Assembly: GCA_905178155.1 (NCBI GenBank)
Contig: CAJINV010000006.1
Location: 3,501,402-3,565,401 of the forward strand
DNA from: Amoebophrya sp. A120
Taxonomy: Eukaryota; Protista; Dinoflagellata
DNA: 64,000 bases
Reading direction: 5' to 3'
Part shown: piece after piece, positions 1 through 10,753 of the stretch
Layout of the letters: each line of letters opens with the position of its first letter
Numbering within the stretch: position 1 is the first letter of the stretch
The notes under the pieces: model-generated
What the model saw: only the letters and a program-made list of their open reading frames with translations
Told to the model about the DNA's origin: nothing
Databases searched by the model: none
Position numbers and translations under genes: made by a program

Positions 1-71
1 ATTTTATTTTTCCTCACAATCAGCTAGGAGTTTCAATCCCCTCCAAAACTCGTCCCAGGAAAAAATTTTCG

Positions 72-1792
72 TCACCTCAGCAGCGATATCTGGTTGATCC
101 CGAAGAACCCCCAAGGCCGCGGATTCGTCATGTCCACACTGATCTTTTTCACGTTTCGTTTATCAAGTGTGAAAGTGTCTGGGTCTGGAAACTTGTGATG
201 CTGGGGGGCGTCTCATGATGAGGCCACAGGTACTGGCTCAGCATGACAAGTTTCTGAGCTTCTAGGTGTTGCCTATTCTGCATGCCAGACTGCGTTTCTG
301 CATCACAGAAAAATAGTGCTCTTGGGTAACGTGCATGACAGATTTAAGACTCATGCCAGACAAGCATGACAAACATGCACTCTTCCAGACCCAGACATTT
401 TTACATTTCATATCGTTGCTTGTCGAACAACAAGTTTTGTTCGTACGTCACCTCCGACCGGGGACTCGCGTGGAAGGGTATGATCGTGCTCCAGTGCACG
501 CCGTCCGGACTGGTTCGGATTTGTACTTTCCCCGGTGCGTAGGCCCAGAAGATTTTCACGCCGGAGAGCTTTTTGCGGTGTTTCAGCTCCCCCGCGTAAG
601 AAACGACGTCGTTGAAGCCGTGCTTGCCGGAAGAACACCAATAACTGAAAGTAGTCGTGTGGAAGCAGGTGTTTGATAAAAAATTCAGATGATATTTCTT
701 GTGTCTTTCTGAATGCGGGTGCTGTAACTCATCAGAGGAGAGAAGGAGAATGAAAATCGCGCATGACAAACAACAGGAAAAGCGAAGATTTGTTTTATCT
801 TACCCGCTGCCCAGCGCCAGCGCTTTTTCCGCCGAAAACGTGTCGTCGACATCACCTTCCGAATAGGTGGAGGTAGATTATCAAATGTGAAAGTGTCTGG
901 GTCTGGAAGAATGCAACTTGTCATGCTGCATTTGGATTCCAGAAAAATCTGTATTGCATGAGTACCAAAAGGGCTGTAATTTTTGCTACGCGGAGAGGAC
1001 ATTTGTCATGCGGAATGGGCATCAAGAAGCTCTGAAAAAATCTGTGATGCTAGGGCATGCATCACAGACATCAGGGCTCATGCAAAACGTGCATGACAAG
1101 CGTCAGAATGTTCCAGACCCAGACATTTTTGCATTTGATATAGATGCCGCTTTGTCAATGTGCGAGTAAAACCGCATGATGAAACTGGTTTTCGGATCTG
1201 CTTTGTGTTTGTTATGCAGCAAGGGGCTGTGGTGCTGAGTAAAGTGTGTTGCAGGTGGTGCAAGTATAGTTGATGCACTCGAAGAACTGCTTGTACTTGT
1301 ACTTGACGATGATGAAGATGGGTGTCTTGCTCCAGCTGACCTTCCTGTAGCACCACCGGACGATGAGAAGCTCGAGTAGTTCTGGTGACGAGCATTCTGC
1401 ACCTCGTGGTTTGGTTGAAACAAAAACGACGTCGCCTGGCTCCTTCGTATTGTTGCTGGTGCGGGGTTTGCGGTTGTTCCACCGAGCGTCGGATCGGAAT
1501 GATTCAGCAAGCAGGGAGGTTGAGCACAAGTGCCAGTGGTTGTATTTCGCGGCAGCGGAGCCGCTCTTCTGGCAACAAAGTTCGCCGACGACGAGGATGA
1601 AGGGGCTACTTGTAGTTTACTCGTGTTGTGAAAAAAACCGTCGAAAAGGTTCTGCGCAGGATCGAAAGCGGACAGAACACGGCTCATTTTCTTGCTTGCA
1701 CGATGGAAGATAAAGATAAACGCCGTTGAGAAAGAACCTGGTCCACCTTTGTTCTGTCCTTCGCCTTCGACAGCAACAACTACGGATGTCAA
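72..1792 (-). CDS. Protein with low-complexity N-terminus and C-terminal discoidin/F5-8 type C-like domain resembling the N-terminal module of apicomplexan LCCL (CCp/LAP) proteins; start uncertain
   Basis: Removing introners 879-1140 and 161-412 and GT-AG intron 645-803 gives ...STSTYSEGDVDDTFSAEKALALGSGYWCSSGKH...GVKIFWAYAPGKVQIRTSPDG...PWGFFGINQISLLR*. Family assignment is from recalled motif similarity. Confidence 0.6.
161..412. mobile_element. Introner family 1 (about 250-290 bp), representative copy
   Basis: TIR TATCAA(A/G)TG(T/C)AAAARTGTCTGGGTCTGGAA...TTCCAGACCCAGACATTTTTRCATTTSATA, TSD TCGTT. Other copies start near 879, 7878, 9446, 21943, 23191, 24536, 27300, 29596, 30847, 33487, 33947, 34881, 35432, 40723, 41518, 45036, 46199, 46517, 47567, 49292 and 51342. 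Confidence 0.92.
879..1140. mobile_element. Introner family 1 copy
   Basis: Same TIRs, TSD TAGAT (874-878 and 1141-1145); removal keeps the frame. Confidence 0.92.
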
Positions 1793-2199
1793 TACTGAGG
1801 AAACATTTCTAACATGATCGTGTTCTGACAGCTACAATAGTACGCAGGCAGAAAGCAATCTCATTTCACATCATGATGCGCAAGAATTCTCATCCTCCTC
1901 TCGATCTCGCATCGCAACTCCCCGAGAGCTACTATTCGCGCCGAGCATGCGATTAAAGTTGTCAACGACATCTCTTCTCGTCATCTCTCTCTACTACTAC
2001 CTCAACTTTTTCGCAACCGGTTCTGCTTCTATCAATGTACGAAATGCATGGAACAATGCCGGGGCAACGCACTGCGCAGCCAGAACCGTTCTGAGAAGAG
2101 CGGGCCATTGGTGATCTTCCACGAGAAAATAATCTCGCCCACAACAATCACTCTACTAATGCTCCCACAACGAGGGAGTCGAATCGCCCAAGCAAAGCG

Positions 2200-3480
2200 T
2201 GCGAGCCGGGCTACTTGGCTGCCTCGCAATCACTGAGAGAGAGTTTGGCGCCACCCTCCCAGGGTAGCCAGGCTGGCCAGCTGCGGCCAAAAACAAATAT
2301 ACCAAAGAATGGCCGGGACACCGCCCACAAACCAAGACCGCAGGCCCCGAAGGCGAAGCGAGGCAGGACGTCGCGCCGGCGGGGCGCCTCCCCCCCTCTG
2401 CCTGCCGCCTTACTTCGGCGAAACACACCGCCCCGCCGGCCCCCACTATCGCGCCCGGCCGCAGGCAAACGCGGAGGCGCCCGGGGGTCTGCGCCGACCG
2501 GGCGCTAGCCCCGCCCCGAGACAGACAACGGCGACGCCGCCACCCAGGCAGGCGGCCGCGCCAAGCCAAGCGGCGCGCGAAAGGCGCCGCCCTGCTTGGG
2601 CAAACATCACGCGCACCACACGCGCGGGCCACTCACATCAACGAACCGGGCGCGCGCGCGTCCAAGAGTGTACTCATCGCCGGACGTGCCTCGCTGTACG
2701 GCCTCGGGGCACAGGGCGACTCTTCTTCGGGTCAACCTCCCGGCCCTCGCTCCTCCCACCCTCAAGGCAGGGCGGCGCTGCCTATCTTTTAAAGCGCCGG
2801 GCGGCCCCTGCGTGCGCGCCACGCAAGGGGGCGCCCCTCGCAAAAGGGGGGGGGGCGAGGGCCATCCCCCGAAGCCCCGCGCCCCCACGACGCGAAACAC
2901 GGCGCGCGACCGACCCCCGTGCCCCCTTGGTCCTTCTAGACTGGGCGCACCCCGAAGGGCCGCGCGCCCCTCCCAAGTCCGTCGCGCAACAATGCGTCCG
3001 GCCCCGCCCTTTCGACGGACGCGGCGAACGGGGGCGACGGGGCGGCCACCCATCCCCAACAAGTCAGCGCCTGCCGCGTGTGGGCTATGAAACGGCCGAA
3101 CGAAACACAGCGCGGGGCGCCCCACCCCGTGCCAGTTGTCGCCCACCGTGCCAGGTGTCGGCGGGCAATCTTCTGCAACTTGCTTGCGCCTCTTTCGCTT
3201 GAAAATGGCAGGCACCACAATGGGGGGCCTTCAGCCGGTTCGTTGGACCGGGCGCGCGGCGGGGGCGATCAGAGCCAGGCCCGGACGTGGCGCATGTGGA
3301 TCCCGGAGAGCATGCGGGCCCGGACTAGTTCTCGCCGCCTTGTTTCCCTGCGCTGCGAGTACGCCCATAAACGGGCGGACTACTTTCAGCTTTTCCGCCG
3401 ACAAAAGTCGCACAAAAAGCGCCCCGGTCTCTTGTTTCAGCTGAACAACGAGAACCATTCGACCACAACAAAACGGCCTC
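2200..3480. other. Intergenic GC-rich island, probably decayed mobile DNA; boundaries approximate
   Basis: Sharp GC rise with retained A/T homopolymer runs, many overlapping R/P/G/A-rich ORFs, no introner motif; no TIR or TSD found. Confidence 0.45.
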
Positions 3481-3865
3481 CCCCTCATCGCTTCTCCTTC
3501 TTGTTTCTCTCCCCGAACACAATAAGAGGAGCCAGGACTTCGACTAGAAGTTTGTCCTGATTTCTTAACAAAAGACACGGCGGCTGCCCATCTGTACGCA
3601 TTAGTACCTTTGCAGCCGAGTGTTAGTGCGTGCTCTTTGACTTCTACGACCACACAAAGAACAATTCGAACTTGGAGCTGCGGTGTCACAAGCGCAATCA
3701 ATCTCACTTTAGCGTCTTCTTGTTCGACATCGCGGGCGGTGAATAGGAATACTAGCTCGCTGTGCGTCACGACGAGTAATTGCTTGCTACTCGCACGACG
3801 TCAACATGCAACACCAACATTAGAGAAAATAATATGAAATCTTTCTCACATCATCAACCACATCC

Positions 3866-6800
3866 TCACTTTATCTTCTTCGCGTGTTCTTCAAACGCCT
3901 GCAGCATTTTATCCGTCAATACCGCCTGCATGGTATCCCAAATCGGCAGGTACAACACCGAATTGACCTTCAAAAACAAGTTCAGAGACACTTCCGTTTC
4001 GTTGTCCTTTGAAATAAAAATCCAGTCGTAGACCAACCGATCCCCGTACGCAAACCCCCGCGCCCCCGTGTCCGCGATAATCCGCGCCTCCACCGTCGTA
4101 GATCCTGGACCTGCTGTATCCACTGTAAATTTCCCGTACATGTACAAATGCGGTCTCTGCATGACAAAACTTGGCTTCGATCCTAGTTTAGCATGACAAG
4201 TTTTACGCTCCAAATTGGTGAAATTTGTGATGCATCTTGTACATGTACGGAAAATTTGTATTGCATATGCTGCGCTTTCCGTCGGTTCAAACACCTCCAT
4301 CTCGTACGTCACATCGTCCCCCAAAACCCCCAAAAGCGTTGTCCTAGGTAAAAACGTCCCCAATTTTTATCGGCCAGAGTCAAGAAGAACATGGAGAGTT
4401 TGCAACACAGACCTCAGAAGCTTTGGAAGTTGTCACGCATGACAAGTTGCAGTCCGTGGTGCGAGTAGCAGTGTAGGTTAATAGCAAGGACAGCCGTGAA
4501 TCACGACAAAGCCGTCTGCTCAGTTTACAGCATTACATATGCCAAAATAACACGACCTCTCATCATGTTGATGCGCATTGCAAATGTTCCTGTAGATCCG
4601 AACCTGCATGACAACTCTGGGAAGTAGGTGGGAACGTTTTTACTGAGGATAAACGTGTTGGTTTCAATCCCGAAAGCCACTTTCACCGCCGGCTTCGCCC
4701 CCGCTGGTACATTATCCGGCAACTTCTGCCCGCCCGTGCACATGGGCATCCACTGGGAGTAGGTTTCCACGTCGCGAATCATTTTGAAGGGGATTTCAAT
4801 GCTATGCATTGCAAAAGCATCTACTTTTAGTACAAATGGCATTACAAATTTCATCAGAAAGAAAAATGGAATTTGTAATGCTAATTCAGGCAAAATAAAC
4901 GTAGGTTTGTCATGCGAGATTGCAATAATCAGTACGACTACGAGTAGGAGCCAACTTTTGCAATGCATAAATGTCCATGTCCTTCAGTTTCCTCCTCACC
5001 TGTAGGTACCGCGCGAGCTGGTCCTGCGCGGCAAGTTTTTGGAACTCCCGCTTGGAAATATCCGCGAGAGATATCCTCTGTAAAAATGTCCTCGCCCCCT
5101 AGTCAAGATGCGAAATCTGCTAGACAAATCCACGACCTGTGGGCCTGGCGCATGACAAGTTTGGGGACGTAGTAGAGTGCTGCATTATACTTGGGAAATA
5201 ACCCAGACGCATCACAGATCCATTCTCTTATCCTGATTCGCGCATGACAGATTACCGAGCACGGCTGGAAAACGCCCGTTTTGCGAAGCCGCGTGACACA
5301 TTTTCATTTTCTGGGGATTGGCATTGGGATGCAGATTTGCATGACAACTTTGGGATGGGCACGTTTTTCCTCTGGATAAGTGAGGAGAGGGATTTTTTCT
5401 TCGTGAAAGGTTTGTTTGCCGCTTGGTCTGGTAAGGAAGAGGTGGCGCTGGAAGAAGGAGAGGAAGCTCGCCCGTCTGTCAGGTTTATTTCAGCATCTGC
5501 ATAGGCAGCTCCGGCGGTCGAAGAAAATTGGTCAAATGGTGATGAACTTGTTCCTGTGCCATCTACTGCTGCACCTCCAGCAGGACTACTTTCACCCGCG
5601 GACCCCGTCGCAGTAGAGGAGGACTGCGGGCTCGCGAACCCTTTATAGGGTAAGTAAATTGTCGCGTTTTCCTATTCTGAGTAAAAACATCCCCACCCCA
5701 GAGTTGTCATGCAGATTTGCCATGACAGGAACATTTGTGATGCGCAACCCCATGACAGGCATTTTCAATCGTGTTTGGGAACTTGTAATGCTGTAAACAG
5801 GATCAGAAGGTCGACTTGTGATGCGGCTTTCCTTGCTAACTTGCACTACCTTACGGACTGAAACTTGTCATGCGTGACTCACAAAACTCCTAGGTTTGTG
5901 TTGCAAAATCCCCATCCTGACTCTGGTGTGGGTACGTTTTTACTCAGGATATTTCTTTCTCCTTCAACAAGTTTTCAATCACCGTTGCCTCCTGGTAGAG
6001 CGTGTTCAACCGTTCGCGGACAGTGCCGACGTTCCCCCCGGCTTGCCAAAAAGGGATGCTGTCGTCTTCAGAGATGGCCTCGGTCGACGATTGAGTTGCT
6101 GTTGTTGTGTTGCCGGCATGCATTGCCAAAGTATCGCACTCGTACTAATTGCAAATATGCATGACAAATGTAAAACAGCATTAAATTTGTAATACTGATC
6201 TAATTTGTAATCGTAAATGCAATTTATACTACGTACGATGCTTTTGCATTTGATAGCCAATGCTGGTACTGGACGACGAGTTGTTTGGCTCATCTTCACT
6301 CTGCAATCTTCCGGAACCTTCGGTAGTTACCGTCGTTGTTTCTTCACTCAGCGGCATGCTGGAAGATTGGTGGTGGTAGCCTGTGGTGGTTTCGTTGATG
6401 AAGTCGAAGTCCTCTGCACCTATGTCTTTTCTGGATGACAAACACTCATAATGCAGCAGAATACGCGTGACAAAACCCAGAATATTAAAAATCTCTGTCA
6501 AGAATTTAATACGCATCACGCTGAGACTTCTCTTCATCGTCTTCTTTTTCCGGGCCATGTTATCCAGGAAAAAACACCCATCCCCATCCATTTTTTGCAT
6601 GACAAATAGTGGATTTTATGCATGTTTTGCATGACAAATTGGATGGGGATGGGTGTTTTTTCCTGGATACGTGTCCAACGCACTCACCAAGGAAAACTGC
6701 CACTTTAAGCCCTATCGAAATGAAAAATCCCCCCTCCCCATATCAAAACGGAACTTCTGATGCTGGATTTGTGTACTACACAGATGCGGTTTGTGTATTG

Positions 6801-9800
6801 CAGGAAGGCATTGCGGCCAGATACCGAGCCTAGGCAGAGGCGTCTGGGTCTTGTTGTTCAGCATTGCAAACGGCCGCCCTTTAGGCCCACCAGCATGACA
6901 AATCGCTCTCATAATGGGACGGAAGCTTCCGCATTTGCCTTCTTGCAGGACAAATGTGATCTGTGGCCACAAATCAGCAACGCAAATTTTCGGAAACATA
7001 CCTTTTCAGTATGGAGAGGGGGGATTTTTCCTCCCAATAAGCCCAAAATGCTCACTTCCGAGCTGTTTAGCACGTCCTCCAGGATCGTCACGACAGTCGT
7101 CATGATGTGCGCGTAGACTTTCGATTCCAGACTGTCCGGCACCCACACGATGTTGGTGTCATCGCAGTTTATATCGTACGAAAAAAGTGTTTCACTGTAA
7201 GGACTTTGCAGCAAGTTTTGCATCACAGGTTTGCTCTACATAACAAAGAAAATTGCTCATGCAAGGCTCCTAAGGGAAAATACAGCAAGCTCAAAACCCA
7301 CTGTGTTGCATGTGTAGCAAGACAAGCACTTTTGCGATACACATTTTGCATTACAAGTTTACAGTGAACCAGTTATATTTTCCTGCGATAGTTTAACAAT
7401 TCCTCCACAAACATGTTTACCGACTCCTTGTTGATCAAATCCCCCGCCGGCCTTCTCCTTTCCGACAAAAATTGATCAATCTGGTCTTGATTCATCGGCT
7501 CGCACTCCCATTTCAGCTCGTGCTATGCATCACAAGAGTAGCATATCGTACTGCTGCTGGTAGAATAGTAAAGCGCATCACAAATCTTATTTCTCAAGAG
7601 TAAAAACGCAAAAATTTTGTCATGCTAGATTCAATCCAGTAGAAGGTGGGTAGGAGATCTGTCATGCATTAGACTGGGATCGCCATTAGAAGTACAACGA
7701 GCAGTACGATATTACACTTTTGCGGTGCCTACGTGCCCCAGCATGCGGATTTTGATTCTGGAAGGGGAAAATAAATCGTTCATCAGCCGCATGACGATTT
7801 GGGATATGGTGATGATAAAATCGCCTTCGATGTCCGACAAAAAGTTCGGCACGTTACTGTTCTTCGCACTCGGTAGTATGCATTGCAAAAGTGGCTGGGT
7901 CTGGAAGATTGCTGAGGTTTGTGATGCTGTGTCTGCTTGACACGGAAGGTGTGACATGCACGGCCTAGCATCACAGGTTTTGAGACGGTTTCCGAGTGCT
8001 TAATCCGCATGGCAAACGCCTTCGTTCTTTCGGCGACAGGAAAAGAAGCCGAGCTCCCTTTGCCGTCTAAGCATGACAGATTTTTGTGTGATCCAAGTCT
8101 GCATCAGAAGTTCTTCGCATCTTTCCAGACCCAGACACTTTTTCATTTGATAGGTAGGTACTTCAAACAACTTTCCCGCTCTCGTATCACCCGTTTCATG
8201 ACCCGTTCCACTCGTTTCTGGTGCAATACCGTCCAGGCTTGCAGTGGCTTCACCGTATCTTCATCTTCCCCGTATTCTAAATGTTTCAGGTTGATCGTCA
8301 ATTCGTGCCCGAGCAAATCCGAGCCGTTGAGCTTCAGCAAGCCAATTTCGAAAATCTGCAGGGTCGTGCGAATCAAATCGTAATAGATTTTCCGCTCCAA
8401 AACCGCGGGGAGCTGGACGATGCGCTTGAATTTCGCGTCGGAGAGGAGGTTGTCGATGTAGGTCTCGAGCAGAACGTCCCCTAAGCGGACGCGTTTTGCA
8501 TCCGCCTATCCAGTGCAAAAGTATCGGAAACTCGTAATACGTTGCAGTTATGCGCATTACAGATCTAGTGGCTCTAGGTAAGTCCGCATTACAAATTTGA
8601 CTTGTAAAAATGCTGAGCGAATTTGTATTGCAATTATTTGTACTACTACGATACTTTTACATTGCATACCGCCATGAGCTCGACGAATTTCCGTGCGTCT
8701 TCGCGAGAGAAGGACGGGGATATCAAACAAAAAAAGTTCGTCACGATCATCACTCATGCGCATTTTTGCAATACAAAATTTTTTGTCATGCGTAAAAATG
8801 CATCACAACCAGGCTCCATAGGGGATTTCCCTAGTGTTTCTGCAGTACAGGGAAAACTTGTGATGCTAAAAAAATTTGTAATGCAAAACCGTGCAAGTTA
8901 GTGAGTGTGACAAACTTTTTTCGTTCGATAGGGGAAGAGGAACTGCTAGCACTGCTCGAAGAGGACGAAGATCCGCCGGCAGTCGTACTTGCGTCAGCTC
9001 CGACTGTACTAGTTTCCGAGCCTGCGGCGCCATCAGTTTTGCCGTCCCCGCCGTCCTCTTTGGGCAGAATCTGCAGCTTGACCCAATTGGGATCGTTCGG
9101 ACCCAACACCCGTAAATTCACGTCCAAAACCTCTAGCGCTTCGTTATAACCCGCTCAGGTGTTACAATCTCAAACGTTACAATAGAATCTGGAATTTGTG
9201 TTGCAAGAAGTGCACTATCTAGCCAACTCTCATAGGATTGCGCATGACAAGTTCTGGAGTCCCGATCCGCAGTACAATCTGGCGAAACTTGTATTGCAGA
9301 AAGTGGAATGCTGTCCGAGTCTGTCATGCTCGTCATGCAATACAAATAAACCCAGATTCTATTGTAACGTTTGAGATTGTAACGTTTAAGCAGGTCATAT
9401 TCGTTCGCAGTTTTTGTCGCCTCCACCATGGTGTTGTGGGCGATTTATCAACTGCAAATATGTCTGGGTCTGGAAACTTGTAATGCTAAATACTGAATGA
9501 GACTTCTACTGCAATACGGCGAAGCATGACAAATTTTCACGCTCCAATGTGATGCTCGTTCCGCATGGCAAGCTGCGTTTTTGCACGACAGGTAAGACGA
9601 CCGCTTCGCGCCCATGCATCACAGACTCTCGAGTCATGCCGAACTAGCACGACAAATCTCGTAGTCTCCCAGACCCAGACATATTTGCACTTGATATGTT
9701 TTCTGCGGAAGCGATGTCGTTCAGGAGGCTTTTCGTGCTCGCTCCCATTGCTGCACCCGGCATGCTATCCTGTGCAAAAGTACCGCACTCGTATTGCAAT

Positions 9801-10115
9801 CATGCATTACAAATCCTTTTGCTAAAGGTAAATCCGCATTAGAAATCTTATTTCTCATGCTGAGGAAATTTGTAATGCATTTATACGAGTACGATTATAC
9901 TTTTGCAGTTCATACATGCTGCTGGAACTACTACCTGCAGCATGACTGCCAGTTGCAGATTCCGCTGCCGGAAAAACCACCCCGGCTTGTTTCGCCTTCC
10001 CGAGTACCTGTCTCGACGGTCGGTCTAGAATCTGCGCAGCCGCCTTCGCAATCTTTGCTCCGTCCTGGAAAAGCTGCGCGAGCGTGGTGGTGGTGCGCGG
10101 ATTCATGCCGGCCAT
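3866..10115 (-). CDS. Multi-exon protein with C-terminal START/SRPBCC (Coq10/polyketide cyclase-like) domain and a central repeated helical module
   Basis: ATG at 10115 (MAGMNPR). Exons rejoin in frame after removing each introner plus one TSD. C-terminus IPFKMIRDVETYSQWMPMC...DWIFISKDNETEVSLNL...TDKMLQAFEEHAKKIK* fits the Coq10/RatA pattern. Confidence 0.6.
6561..6669. mobile_element. Minimal 109-bp introner (family 11)
   Basis: 30-bp perfect TIR TATCCAGGAAAAAACACCCATCCCCATCCA, TSD CATGT/CGTGT, two GCATGACAAA motifs inside. Confidence 0.9.
6713..7039. mobile_element. Introner family 4 (about 310-335 bp), representative copy
   Basis: TIR TATCGAAA(T/G)GAAAAATCCCCCTCCCCATA...TATGGAGAGGGGGATTTTTCC...ATA, TSD AGCCC; others near 25602, 34318, 44639 and 59272. 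Confidence 0.9.
8721..8930. mobile_element. Introner family 10 (about 210 bp)
   Basis: TATCAAACAAAAAAAGTTCGTCAC...GTGACAAACTTTTTTCGTTCGATA, TSD GGGGA; close relative near 29137-29342. Confidence 0.88.
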
Positions 10116-10753
10116 TTTGTGGATAATGGAGTCGCGTTGAAGTTCTTTGCGGGTGGTGCGGATATTCGATGTTGCGCGTGCACGCACGACAGTGGCACGC
10201 AAACAACTACGCAAAAATGTTGAAATGTTTTAGTACTCGAAGCAAGTGGTAGATGATATCAAAGCAAACTTTGCTCAACAAACATTGACTATGCTATCGA
10301 ATCCGGAGCGCATGGTTTCCGATAACGAAGATAAAATGATAAAAAAATGCATCTGTGCGTGACTGCTGCGAAAGGTACACTATACGTCGACCATACCATC
10401 GCGATTGATTGATTTTTCATCGTGCAAATGAATGGACGGACAAACCCATTGATTAACACACGTCTGCAATCACACTCGCAGTCAGAACAAAACAAAAAAA
10501 AATATAGCGCGTGAGCTGGTGAGGAAGTAATCTAACCAAGTACTACTTGCTTACTTTTCATCATGAAGATTTTCGATACACATACTGCAAGAACTTTTGA
10601 TCACCTCCTGCGCAAAGGAAGTTGTAATCAATCCAGTCCACCATGTTGTTGCGTTTGGTTTTAGTACAGCGGCTTTTTATCCTTATGTTTTGAAACGAAC
10701 CCACCATCTCCCTCATGATGTTCGTGTTGCTTGTTTATTTCCCGTCTTGTTCT

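Noticed and set aside
918-1169. Repeated short ORF peptides such as SNAKMSGSGRM, PDPDIFAFD and PVQKYRTR as a protein family
   Set aside because: They are translations of introner TIRs
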